Positions 1 through 9,644 of a stretch of DNA of 64,000 bases are shown piece after piece; position 1 is the first letter of the stretch, and every line of letters begins with the position of its first letter. The stretch comes from Bacteriovoracaceae bacterium (GTDB lineage Bacteria > Bdellovibrionota > Bacteriovoracia > Bacteriovoracales > Bacteriovoracaceae). Below the pieces are notes generated by a model. That model was not told the origin of the DNA and ran no database searches. It saw only the letters and a list, made by a program, of their open reading frames with translations. The stretch is taken from positions 1 through 64,000 of the forward strand of contig JABIHA010000075.1 in assembly GCA_018649885.1 (NCBI GenBank), in the 5' to 3' direction. The position numbers were made by a program, and so were the translations under genes.

Positions 1-750
1 GCTGCTGCAAAAGTTGGTGGGATTATGGCAAATGCCACTTATCCCGCAGATTTTATTTTCCAAAATTTAAGCATTCAAACAAATGTATTTCAGGCCGCAA
101 ATGAGCACAATGTAGAAAAGCTTCTGTTTTTAGGAAGCTCATGCATTTACCCAAAAAATGCTCCTCAGCCAATGAAAGAGGATTGCCTTTTAACTGGTCC
201 GCTTGAGCCAAGTAATGAACCCTATGCCATTGCCAAAATTGCAGGCTTAAAAACGGCTCAATATTTTAGAAAGCAATACGGAAAGCACTTTGTCTCCGTC
301 ATGCCTACAAATCTTTACGGTCAAGGTGATAACTACGACTTACAAAATAGCCATGTTCTTCCGGGACTAATCGCTAGGATGCATCAGGCAATGGGTCGTG
401 GTGAGAAGAGTTTTGAAGTGTGGGGAACAGGTGAGCCTAAAAGAGAGCTTCTCTATGTGGACGACATGGCACGGGCCTGTATTCATGTAATAAAGCTAGA
501 TGGTGAAAGTGTTCCCGATGTAATCAATATTGGTTGCGGAAAAGATATCACCATTAAAGAACTGGCCTTTATGGTTGCGGAAAAAATGGGTTTTGAAGGT
601 GATATAAACTTCAATACCGATTACCCTGATGGAACTATGAGAAAACTCCTTGATGTCACAAAGATTAAAGAGCTTGGGTGGAAACCTGAGGTTGGTCTTG
701 AAGAGGGTATTGATCTTTCTATTAAGTTCTTTAGAGAATCCTTAAACTAA
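1..750 (+). CDS. fcl: GDP-L-fucose synthase (5' truncated by window edge)
   Basis: Frame is open from base 1 (AAAKVGGIMAN); motifs FLGSSCIYPK, NEPYAIAKIAG, MPTNLYG, SHVLPGLI and VWGTG are characteristic of Fcl/WcaG. Confidence 0.93.
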   Translation, partial: AAAKVGGIMANATYPADFIFQNLSIQTNVFQAANEHNVEKLLFLGSSCIYPKNAPQPMKEDCLLTGPLEPSNEPYAIAKIAGLKTAQYFRKQYGKHFVSVMPTNLYGQGDNYDLQNSHVLPGLIARMHQAMGRGEKSFEVWGTGEPKRELLYVDDMARACIHVIKLDGESVPDVINIGCGKDITIKELAFMVAEKMGFEGDINFNTDYPDGTMRKLLDVTKIKELGWKPEVGLEEGIDLSIKFFRESLN

Positions 751-758
751 TCCAAAAT

Positions 759-972
759 CCCTTTACCTTCCTGTTGGGTGTTGGCAGTTGCCCTTGCCCT
801 CCTAAGATGATTTACATATTTTATATGATCACAAATTTAGCAATTATTTCAAAAGAAAAGACATTCTCCTTTTAAAAAACTAATTTGAATAGATAGCCTT
901 ATGTTTTAATGACAATTACCTTGGGAGGGCAAGGGCATGGGCATGGGCAACACCCAACAGGAAGGTAAAGGG
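759..972. repeat. MITE-like element with ~50-bp terminal inverted repeats
   Basis: ccctttaccttcctgttgggtgttg (759-783) is the exact reverse complement of 948-972; a second paired segment tgcccttgccctcc/ggagggcaagggca lies inside; AT-rich spacer; located between convergent genes. Confidence 0.75.
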
Positions 973-991
973 TATCCAAATAAATTATTTA

Positions 992-2026
992 TTAAATATC
1001 CAAAACCTTCTCAACAAACTCACGACTCTCCAAAATTCTATTAGGAGTCATTTCTATATTCATAAATTTGCAAATGGCCCTTGCTATAGAAGATGGCTGA
1101 AGAGGATCAAATACCCCCGCAGGCGTAATCACATCAAAAACATAGTCTCTATCAGATGCCAAAATAGGTACACCTAGATTTTCAGCTTCAATCATGGGAA
1201 GTCCAAAGGATTCAAATAATGAAGGGAAAACTAGGGCCTTAGATCCAGACAAAAAATCTACCAGCTTATTTCTTTCGAGACTTGAAATAAGCTCCACACA
1301 AAGACCATTGTCTTTTGCAAACTGCTCAGTCCAAAGGCACAGATCCGGATAGCTCGCCTTATTTAACACAAGTTTTAACTCTGGAGTAATTCCATATTGA
1401 GACTTTAAAAGTTTCCAAGCTTTTAATAAATTCACATGGTTTTTATGTTTTTCACCACTAGCAATATAGCAAAAATAGTCTCCACGGCTTGAGGATGTAA
1501 CTTCTTTTTTAAAGGATGAAAATCCCGCAATACTAATAGGAAGATCATGTCCCATACTACCAATGAAAGAATTTTTCATTGTCTGGGTTTGTACAAAGTA
1601 TTGGTACTGAGGCTTACTTCTGACATTAAACCAAATTTTTTCAAATACCGATCTAAAAAATGTCTTAGCCCCATTTAAGTTAAAAAATCTCTCTTGTACC
1701 AAGTATTTATTTTGGACGAATACTGCCACTTTTGAGCGAACATCAAATAATGGAGGTAGGTTTCCAAAACAAAGAACGGTGGTGTTTGAAGGATTAAGGT
1801 TCGCTAGCTCCGCTATCCTACTTTCAGCAGATATTCTTGAAAATACAGTTGATCTAACCTTGAAAATTTCTATATTATTAGGCAGCTCACTGGGTACAGG
1901 ATAGCGATGATCTACAAAGCAAGTGACATCTTCACCTTTAATACCAGCACTCAAAATACCCTGCAGAAGAACTTTTCCGCCTCCTACGTGAATATTGTGT
2001 GCCGAAATTATCAATTTCTTATTCAT
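992..2026 (-). CDS. GT4-family glycosyltransferase
   Basis: C-terminal KHKNH and LVFPSLFESFGLPMIEA (E-x7-E) motifs. Confidence 0.88.
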   Translation of the reverse strand: MNKKLIISAHNIHVGGGKVLLQGILSAGIKGEDVTCFVDHRYPVPSELPNNIEIFKVRSTVFSRISAESRIAELANLNPSNTTVLCFGNLPPLFDVRSKVAVFVQNKYLVQERFFNLNGAKTFFRSVFEKIWFNVRSKPQYQYFVQTQTMKNSFIGSMGHDLPISIAGFSSFKKEVTSSSRGDYFCYIASGEKHKNHVNLLKAWKLLKSQYGITPELKLVLNKASYPDLCLWTEQFAKDNGLCVELISSLERNKLVDFLSGSKALVFPSLFESFGLPMIEAENLGVPILASDRDYVFDVITPAGVFDPLQPSSIARAICKFMNIEMTPNRILESREFVEKVLDI

Positions 2027-2040
2027 CTGCTCTTGCCTTA

Positions 2041-3555
2041 TTAGTGTGTGATTCCCTCTTTCAAAAGAATCTTTTTAAAGGTCAAAATAAATATTTTAAC
2101 ATCTGTAACCATTGATCTTCTATAGAGATATTCCTCATCGTATTTAACTTTTTCAGGAATACTTATTTCATCTCGCCCATTAATTTGGGCCCAACCAGTT
2201 AATCCAGGGATTAACTTGTGAACGCCTTTTTGGGTCCTTAACTCTACTAGATCGTCTTGATTGTACAATGCAGGCCTTGGTCCAACAAAGCTCATATCCC
2301 CTTTCCAAATTGATATCAGTTGAGGAATTTCATCTAGGCTCATTTTCCTTAAATATGATCCTGGTGGAGTTAAGAATGACTGCGAGTCAGTTAGAAGATG
2401 AGTGGCAACGACAGGTGTGTCTAGTCTCATGGTCCTAAATTTAGGCATTAAAAATATAGTATTGTTTTTACCCACTCGCTTAGACCAATATAGAGCTGGA
2501 CCCTTACTTGTTAATCTTACGATTAAACACAGTATTAAAAAAGGCACCAATAAAATCATGGTGGCAATGAGTGCAAGAGCTAAATCAAAAAACCTCTTTA
2601 AAAATCCCGGGCTTCCTTTACTCACAAAGAAGCTTCTTGACGTTATTTTAATAGCTTCCTCAGGCCCTACTTCGGGTGACCAATTTAAAACTTTTTTTAA
2701 TTTACTATTATCAATCCAAAGACTTCCATAAAGCCTATCGGCTACAGATTTTTTTCCTACAATACTAAGAAGAAAAAGCATCAAGCTATCGGGGATGGGA
2801 AGAATAGGATATTTTCTTCCGAATGAAGATCCAATAGATCTAATGAGCTTTGACGTGGAAAAGTTTCCACCATCAGAAGCTAAAAATACCTGAGGGAAAT
2901 CTCCATTGTAAGAAATAGCACTCTTAATTATGGAGCAAAAATTATCAATATAGACCATACTTCTTACATTCTTTTCAGGATTAAATGGAATGAAAAACCC
3001 AGAGCTAATTATCTTAACAAGCATTTGAAAATTTGCTCTAACCCCTGGACCATAAATTAGTGGTGGTCTTAGAATTAACACTTCTATTTTTGATGTGATT
3101 TCTTCAGACAATAAGTAGTTTTCTGCTTCAAGTTTACTGGCCCCGTAGGGATCTTGAGTTTCCGGCTGGTCTTCTTCTGTGTAGGCACTTTCTTTGCCTT
3201 CACCATTAACTTTAATTGTACTAATAAAAACAAATTTCTTTGCACCTAATGCAATTGCATCCTGAACAAGCTTTTTTGTCCCTAAAAAATTGGCCTTAAG
3301 ATATTCTAGTTTGGGATTTTCTACAGAGTCGTCCATAATATGAACTCGAGCAGCTAGATGAACAACTGTATCAACGCCTCTGAGTGCGTTTTCCCAATTC
3401 GTTTCCTCAGATAGCTCGCCTACAACCTCGGTTTTCACTCCATCAATTTCAATTTTTTTTCTACTCGTTCCTACAAGTTCTAGGTCAAGGCCTTGTAGGT
3501 ATTGACACAAGCGCCTGCCAACAAAGCCACTTGCACCAGTGATGAGAACTTTCAT
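2041..3555 (-). CDS. Fusion: NAD-dependent epimerase/4-reductase (WbpV-like SDR) + monotopic phosphoglycosyltransferase (PglC-like)
   Basis: N-half GASGFVG, HLAARVH, YGASK; C-half KRFFD..., KFRTM, SLDEIPQL, GDMSFVGPRP, PGLTGWAQING; no stop at the junction. Confidence 0.88.
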   Translation of the reverse strand: MKVLITGASGFVGRRLCQYLQGLDLELVGTSRKKIEIDGVKTEVVGELSEETNWENALRGVDTVVHLAARVHIMDDSVENPKLEYLKANFLGTKKLVQDAIALGAKKFVFISTIKVNGEGKESAYTEEDQPETQDPYGASKLEAENYLLSEEITSKIEVLILRPPLIYGPGVRANFQMLVKIISSGFFIPFNPEKNVRSMVYIDNFCSIIKSAISYNGDFPQVFLASDGGNFSTSKLIRSIGSSFGRKYPILPIPDSLMLFLLSIVGKKSVADRLYGSLWIDNSKLKKVLNWSPEVGPEEAIKITSRSFFVSKGSPGFLKRFFDLALALIATMILLVPFLILCLIVRLTSKGPALYWSKRVGKNNTIFLMPKFRTMRLDTPVVATHLLTDSQSFLTPPGSYLRKMSLDEIPQLISIWKGDMSFVGPRPALYNQDDLVELRTQKGVHKLIPGLTGWAQINGRDEISIPEKVKYDEEYLYRRSMVTDVKIFILTFKKILLKEGITH

Positions 3556-4679
3556 TTATTCCAAACAACCCTATTTATGTAATCGGTGTAACTTTGAATT
3601 ACCTTGATCACGTGACTAGAAACTCTAGTTGCTTCGTAGTCAGAAATTTCATGTCCTGGACCGCCAAATTTATCGAAATCTTTAACCATCATTTCAATGG
3701 ATTCAAGAACTCTATCTCTTTTTAGCCCACTCATGGCAACCATCCCAACATCCATACCCTCAGGTCTTTCATGGGCCTGTCTAATCATAATGGCAGGAAA
3801 ATTTAGTAAAAAAGATTCCTCTGTAATGGTCCCACTATCGGAAACAACACAATAAGCTTCCTTTTGAAGCCTATTGTAATCAAAGAAACCAAGTGGCTTC
3901 ATGAAATTAATGAGTGAATTCAAGTTCCCCGTTTCCAACTGTTCAAGCTTCTTTCTTGTTCTAGGATGAGTTGAAACAATTATTGGATATTTGTATTTTT
4001 CTGCAAGAGCATTTAATGAATCTAGGAAATTAGAAAAATTCGTTTCGTAATCTACATTTTCCTCTCTATGAGCACTTACAATGAAGAACTCTTTTGATTT
4101 CAACTTGAGGGTTTCTAGCACTTTCGATTCAGCAATTTGAGTTTTAAAAGAATCGAGCACTTCCCTCATGGGAGAGCCTGTTTTAATTATTGTCTCAGCC
4201 TTAATCCCCTCATCCATTAGGTATCTTCTAGCGTGCTCACTGTGAACCATATTAATATCGCTCAAGTGATCAACAATCTTTCTATTTATTTCTTCTGGCA
4301 CTCTTTGATCAAAACATCTATTTCCGGCTTCCATATGAAAGATTGGAATTTGTCTTCTTTTTACAGGAATAACTGCGAGGCATGAATTAGTATCACCATA
4401 GAGTAAGCAGGCATCAGGTTTTTCTTTTTCAAGAACTTCCTCCACCCCTTCTATGACTTTTGCTATAGTTTTAGCGGCACTACCCCCAGCTGCTTCAAGA
4501 AAGTAATCTGGCTTTCGAATTCCAAGGTCATTGAAAAAAATCTCATTGAGCTCATAATCAAAATTTTGTCCAGTGTGTACTAGAACGTGCTCAAAATTAT
4601 CTTCTACAGCTTCAATAATTTTACTTAGTTTTATTATCTCAGGCCTGGTCCCAATTATCGTCAATACCTTTAGCGCCAA
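3552..4679 (-). CDS. Non-hydrolysing UDP-HexNAc 2-epimerase, FnlC/WbjD/QnlB type
   Basis: GTRPEIIKLS, HTGQNFDYELN, HMEAGNRCFDQRVPEE, SDSGTITEES; TTG start at 4679 chosen because it follows an AGGAG RBS. Confidence 0.88.
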   Translation of the reverse strand: MALKVLTIIGTRPEIIKLSKIIEAVEDNFEHVLVHTGQNFDYELNEIFFNDLGIRKPDYFLEAAGGSAAKTIAKVIEGVEEVLEKEKPDACLLYGDTNSCLAVIPVKRRQIPIFHMEAGNRCFDQRVPEEINRKIVDHLSDINMVHSEHARRYLMDEGIKAETIIKTGSPMREVLDSFKTQIAESKVLETLKLKSKEFFIVSAHREENVDYETNFSNFLDSLNALAEKYKYPIIVSTHPRTRKKLEQLETGNLNSLINFMKPLGFFDYNRLQKEAYCVVSDSGTITEESFLLNFPAIMIRQAHERPEGMDVGMVAMSGLKRDRVLESIEMMVKDFDKFGGPGHEISDYEATRVSSHVIKVIQSYTDYINRVVWNK

Positions 4680-4904
4680 AATTGCTCTCCTTACCTCTAG
4701 CCTCATTTTAAGGCCATTATGATCAAATAAAAAATATGTGAAACTATACCACTTCCAACAAGTAATTAATGATTTTTTTCAATCGGCGCAACGCGAGATT
4801 AGTACATGATTTACCTCTCAAACTGCATACTCTACCCTCTATAGCTTTTAACTCTACTGCAATTAGGATATCCTACGCACGAACATCCGAGCTCGCGTAA
4901 AATT

Positions 4905-5690
4905 ATGATATCGATAGTCACCATTACCTATAATAACCACTCCGAGCTGATTACAACTTTGGCTTCGGTGGATAGTGTTGCGGACACTGAAAATGTTGTC
5001 ATCAATGGTGGAACTTGCGAAGAAACCAAAGAATTTTTAAAAAGCTTTAAAGGCAATTCTATAAGTGAGCCAGACGATGGAATTGCCGATGCCTTTAATA
5101 AAGGCATTAAGCTGTCAAAGGGCGAATATATTGTCTTTCTAAACAGTGGAGACGAGCTTTTAGACCCTACTTACTACCGCCATGCACAGGAATATTTCAA
5201 AGGAAACCCTGAGGTTTCTTTTATTTACTCGGATGTAGTCATTGCCCATCCCACCTTCGGACATATGCACTACAAACCAAAAAATCTAAAGGGAATTTCC
5301 TCGATGCCCTTTTCTCACCAAACCCTGATCATGAAAAAAGAAATTTTCGAAAATGTAGGAAATTTCAACGTAAATTACCGCTTCTGCATGGATTTTGAGC
5401 TCCTATTGCGGGCCATAATAAGTGGGTCAAAAGGTTATTATTATCCCCACGCCACTACAATTATGGATGGAGGTGGAGTCTCAGCGAAACAAAGATTCAA
5501 CGTCCAAATTGAGGAGTATAAGGCCTTAAAAAAACATGGCCTTCTGGGATTTTTCCAGTCCCTTTCCCTGGTCTATAGATTTCTTAAATATATGGTAAAA
5601 AATGTGCTGCTTAGAACGGGATTTTTTAAATTAGTGAACTGGTACCTAAAATACAAATACAAAGACCGAGTCATCACCCCCAAAAAGTAA
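4905..5690 (+). CDS. GT2 glycosyltransferase (WcaE-like)
   Basis: ISIVTITYN, SEPDDGIADAFNKG, FLNSGD, HQ, DFELLLR. Confidence 0.88.
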   Translation: MISIVTITYNNHSELITTLASVDSVADTENVVINGGTCEETKEFLKSFKGNSISEPDDGIADAFNKGIKLSKGEYIVFLNSGDELLDPTYYRHAQEYFKGNPEVSFIYSDVVIAHPTFGHMHYKPKNLKGISSMPFSHQTLIMKKEIFENVGNFNVNYRFCMDFELLLRAIISGSKGYYYPHATTIMDGGGVSAKQRFNVQIEEYKALKKHGLLGFFQSLSLVYRFLKYMVKNVLLRTGFFKLVNWYLKYKYKDRVITPKK

Positions 5691-5803
5691 GCAGGCTTTT
5701 GCTACTGTGCTTCTTTACACCATTTCCGATCAATTATTTTTTTATTTATTCCCTCTCAATATGCTATAAATGGCAATTACAATGACAATTAAAGAGGTTT
5801 TAG

Positions 5804-6907
5804 ATGAAAGTACCCTACTCATATTTACCACAGCAATTTGCTGACCCAGCACCAATTCTAGAAGAAATCGCAGAAGTTATTAAGGTAGGGGACTTTACCT
5901 TAGGGCCTAGGGTGGAAAAATTTGAAAATTTATTTTCTGATTTTATTGGCTGTAAACATGCCATTGGCGTTGGATCTGGAACAGACGCACTTTTCTTATC
6001 TCTAAAAGCACTGGGAATCGGTGCAGGTGATGAAGTCATTACCACGGCCAATACTTTTGTCGCCACGGCTGGCGCCATTGAAACAGCAGGAGCGCGCATT
6101 CGGTTTGTAGACTGCGCAGACAATTATGTCATGGATGTTTCAAAGCTCGAAGCTGCCATTACAGAAAATACAAAATGTATTATGCCAGTTCACTACTCTG
6201 GCCAGCCAGTTGATATGGATCCTCTTTTAAAGATTGCCCAAAAGCACAATTTAAAAGTCGTTGAAGATGCATGTTGTGCCATTGACGCTGAAGTGGGTGG
6301 TAAGAGATGTGGCACCATTGGTGACACTGGTGGTTTTAGCTTACACCCTTTAAAAAACCTCAACATCTGGGGCGACGGTGGTGTCATCACCACCAATAAC
6401 GAAGAAATTAGAGACAAGCTAAGACTTCTTCGAAATCACGGTATGGTCAATAGAGATGAGTATGCTTTTTACGCCTACAACTCAAGACTTGATACGGTTC
6501 AATCAATTGTTGGCTGCCACTTGATTAAAGATGTTAAGTGGATCACTGATATGAGAATAAAATTTGCGGAGTCTTTTGATAGCGCATTTTCTCAGCTTAG
6601 TGACTTTATAAAAATTCCACCTAGACCTGCAAATGAGAGACGCGTTTATCACATGTATATGTTACTTGTTGAAAGACGTGATGAGCTCCATAGCTTTTTA
6701 CTTGAGCAAGGTATAGATGCAAAAGTTCACTACCCTATTCCACTTCATCTTCAGCAGGCAAGCGAGGGTCTTGGTTACAAAATGGGTGATTTTCCAGTGG
6801 CCGAGAAGCAGGCTAAAAATATTATTAGTTTTCCTGTTCACCAACATCTTATAGATGAGCAAGTGCAATACACAATTGATAAAGTAAAAGAATTTTACAA
6901 GGCATAA
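5804..6907 (+). CDS. DegT/DnrJ/EryC1/StrS sugar aminotransferase
   Basis: SGTDAL, MPVHYSG, VEDAC, FSLHPLKNL (PLP lysine), HYPIPLH. Confidence 0.92.
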   Translation: MKVPYSYLPQQFADPAPILEEIAEVIKVGDFTLGPRVEKFENLFSDFIGCKHAIGVGSGTDALFLSLKALGIGAGDEVITTANTFVATAGAIETAGARIRFVDCADNYVMDVSKLEAAITENTKCIMPVHYSGQPVDMDPLLKIAQKHNLKVVEDACCAIDAEVGGKRCGTIGDTGGFSLHPLKNLNIWGDGGVITTNNEEIRDKLRLLRNHGMVNRDEYAFYAYNSRLDTVQSIVGCHLIKDVKWITDMRIKFAESFDSAFSQLSDFIKIPPRPANERRVYHMYMLLVERRDELHSFLLEQGIDAKVHYPIPLHLQQASEGLGYKMGDFPVAEKQAKNIISFPVHQHLIDEQVQYTIDKVKEFYKA

Positions 6908-6912
6908 TCACT

Positions 6913-8007
6913 ATGGAAGTTAAATACGTTGATATTGGCTCACAATATACAGAACACCGAGATGAGTACTTAAAAACCATTGATGAAGTTCTAAGTTCAG
7001 GACAACTCATAATGGGAGCAGAGGTAGACACTCTTGAGAGAAATTTTTGTGAGTTAACTGGCTCCAAGCACGCCATCTCTGTCGCCAATGGAACTGACGC
7101 ACTAGTAATTATCATGAAGTCTCTAGGCATTGGTCCTGGAGATGAGGTTATCACTGCCTCTAATTCTTTTATTTCCTCAGCTTCAAGTATTGGGCTCATA
7201 GGGGCCACACCGGTGTTTGCAGATATTGATGACGATCTCAATATAAGCGCAGAGGCCATCGAAAAAGTAATCACTAATAAAACAAAGGCCATTATGCCAG
7301 TTCATTTAACTGGAAAATGTGCTGATATGACTCCTATTTTAGAAATTGCTAAAAAGCATGGCCTCAAAGTTATTGAAGACGCCGCTCAATCAATAATGGC
7401 CAAATCAAATGATTGGCTCAGTGGCTCAATGGGTGACGCTGCTAGCTTTAGCCTACATCCACTTAAAAATCTCAATGCTTTTGGAGACGCTGGGATCATT
7501 ACAACTTCAGATGATCAGCTTGCTGAGAAAATGAGGCTTATGAGAAATCACGGCCAAGTTAGTAGAGATGATTTTGTATTTTGGGGATTTAACTCAAGAA
7601 CAGATGCTGTTCAAGCGGCCATTATAAATAAAAAAATTAAATATCTTGATGGCGTCATTAAAAATCGTAGAGAAAATGCACAGCTATATAGAAATCGTTT
7701 GAAAGATATTGTTAAGTGCCCAGTTGATGGCGAAGGCTGCTTTGATACTTATCACCTCTTTGTGATTCAAGCGAAAAAAAGAGATGAGCTTAAAGCATTT
7801 CTGGATAGTACTGGCGTTCAAGCACAAATTCATTACCCAACACCCATTCACCTGTACAAAGCTGCTAGTTATCTTGGCTATAAGAAAGGCGATTTACCTA
7901 ACACTGAAAGACTTGCAGGAGAAATTCTCTCACTTCCTATTCATCAAGGACTTGGACCATCTCAAATTGAGTATGTCTGTGAGAAAATAGAACAATTTTA
8001 CAAATAA
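6913..8007 (+). CDS. DegT/DnrJ sugar aminotransferase (tandem paralog)
   Basis: NGTDAL, MPVHLTG, IEDAAQ, FSLHPLKNL. Confidence 0.92.
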   Translation: MEVKYVDIGSQYTEHRDEYLKTIDEVLSSGQLIMGAEVDTLERNFCELTGSKHAISVANGTDALVIIMKSLGIGPGDEVITASNSFISSASSIGLIGATPVFADIDDDLNISAEAIEKVITNKTKAIMPVHLTGKCADMTPILEIAKKHGLKVIEDAAQSIMAKSNDWLSGSMGDAASFSLHPLKNLNAFGDAGIITTSDDQLAEKMRLMRNHGQVSRDDFVFWGFNSRTDAVQAAIINKKIKYLDGVIKNRRENAQLYRNRLKDIVKCPVDGEGCFDTYHLFVIQAKKRDELKAFLDSTGVQAQIHYPTPIHLYKAASYLGYKKGDLPNTERLAGEILSLPIHQGLGPSQIEYVCEKIEQFYK

Positions 8008-8021
8008 ATGAGGAGAGAGCT

Positions 8022-8633
8022 TTGAGTAAAGTAGATCAAATATTTAACGAGTCAAAAAGTATACTCGATTTTACTAGTGGCTATTTTTCCTACCTAAAAA
8101 ACTTAATCGATGGCATCGACCACAATACGATTGAGGAAATCATCACAGTTTTTCTTGAGGCCAGAGAAAGTGGAAAAACAATTTACTTTATCGGCAATGG
8201 AGGAAGTGCTGCCACTTGCTCACACTTTGCCAATGATATTGGATACGGAACGAGAACATACAAGAAACCTTTTAAAGTATTAAGCCTAACTGATAACAAT
8301 GCCGTACTGACTGCTCTTGGAAATGATGAGGGCTACGGCGAGATATTTAAAAAACAATTAGAAGTGCTAGCAACAAAAGATGATATTGTTGTGGCCATAT
8401 CCGCTTCCGGAAATTCACCAAATATTGTGAAAGCATTAGAATATGCGAGTGAGCTTGGATGCAAGACTATTGGGCTTTCCGGTTTTGATGGCGGAAAACT
8501 TAAACAAATGACAGATATTTGTCTACATGTCGACTCTCCAAAGGGAGATTATGGTCCAGTGGAAGACCTCCATATGATCTTTGATCACCTGATTTCCAAC
8601 TATCTCATGAGAAAAGTTAGAGAGGAACTCTAA
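8022..8633 (+). CDS. gmhA: SIS-domain phosphoheptose isomerase (GmhA-like)
   Basis: GNGGSAA, TALGND, AISASGNSPN, EDLH...H. Confidence 0.8.
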   Translation: MSKVDQIFNESKSILDFTSGYFSYLKNLIDGIDHNTIEEIITVFLEARESGKTIYFIGNGGSAATCSHFANDIGYGTRTYKKPFKVLSLTDNNAVLTALGNDEGYGEIFKKQLEVLATKDDIVVAISASGNSPNIVKALEYASELGCKTIGLSGFDGGKLKQMTDICLHVDSPKGDYGPVEDLHMIFDHLISNYLMRKVREEL

Positions 8634-8669
8634 AACTAATAAAACATAGAAGCTTAAAGGTAAGATACC

Positions 8670-9644
8670 ATGCATGAATTAGACGCAGAAAAGGCCCGCG
8701 CAATTTACTATGACCTTGTGAGAGTTAGGCGAATAGAAGAAGAAATCAAAAAAAGATATCCTCTACAAGAAATGCGTTGCCCAGTTCACCTCAGCATTGG
8801 ACAAGAGTCCCCGGCAGTAGCCATTTCTCATGCCATCAACAAAACTGATTATATGATGAGCGGGCATAGATCCCACAGTCACTACCTTGCAAAAGGTGGA
8901 GATCTCAGAAAATTTATTTGTGAGCTCTATGGAAGAGCTGATGGATGCTCTAAAGGCCAAGGTGGTTCAATGCATCTAATCGATCTCTCAGTCGATTTTT
9001 TGGGTGCCACCTCTATCGTTGGCGGTACGGTGCCAATTGCAGTTGGTGCAGCCTTTTCTAGTAAGCTTCAAAATGAGAATAGAGTAACTGTAAGCTGCAT
9101 TGGAGACGCGGTTGTTGAAGAGGGTGTCTTTCACGAAAGCATGAACTTTGCAGCTGTAAATGATCTTCCAGTAATCTTCTTTTGCGAAAATAATTTCTAT
9201 TCCATTTACACCCCTCTACCTCAAAGACAGCCTGCTAGACCTCTGACAGATCTAGCTAAGGCCCATGGTGTAAAGGCCGTCTCAATAGATAGTAGCAACG
9301 TATTCAAAACCTATATGATGTTAGATAGCTTAGTGGCAGAAGCAAGGCGCGATAAGAAACCTCTCTTTCTCGAGCTCTTCACCTACCGCTACGTTGAGCA
9401 CTGTGGTCCCCATGAAGACGACAACCTACAATACAGACCTGACTCTGAACTAGAAGAGTGGAAGGCCAAAGAGCCAATTTTGGTGGCCCAAAACCATTTA
9501 AAGGAAGCCGGAATATGGGATCAAGCTTGGAGTGATCAAATAGAAAAAAGAATTGAAGAAGAAATTCATGAGGCCTTTGATTACGCCATAAATTGCCCCT
9601 ATCCGCCCATTGAAAACTTAGGAAGTTATACCTATGCAAAATAA
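8670..9644 (+). CDS. TPP-dependent dehydrogenase E1 alpha-like subunit
   Basis: HLSIGQE, HRSHSH, GGSMH, GDA...EEG...ENN TPP-binding motif. Confidence 0.9.
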   Translation: MHELDAEKARAIYYDLVRVRRIEEEIKKRYPLQEMRCPVHLSIGQESPAVAISHAINKTDYMMSGHRSHSHYLAKGGDLRKFICELYGRADGCSKGQGGSMHLIDLSVDFLGATSIVGGTVPIAVGAAFSSKLQNENRVTVSCIGDAVVEEGVFHESMNFAAVNDLPVIFFCENNFYSIYTPLPQRQPARPLTDLAKAHGVKAVSIDSSNVFKTYMMLDSLVAEARRDKKPLFLELFTYRYVEHCGPHEDDNLQYRPDSELEEWKAKEPILVAQNHLKEAGIWDQAWSDQIEKRIEEEIHEAFDYAINCPYPPIENLGSYTYAK

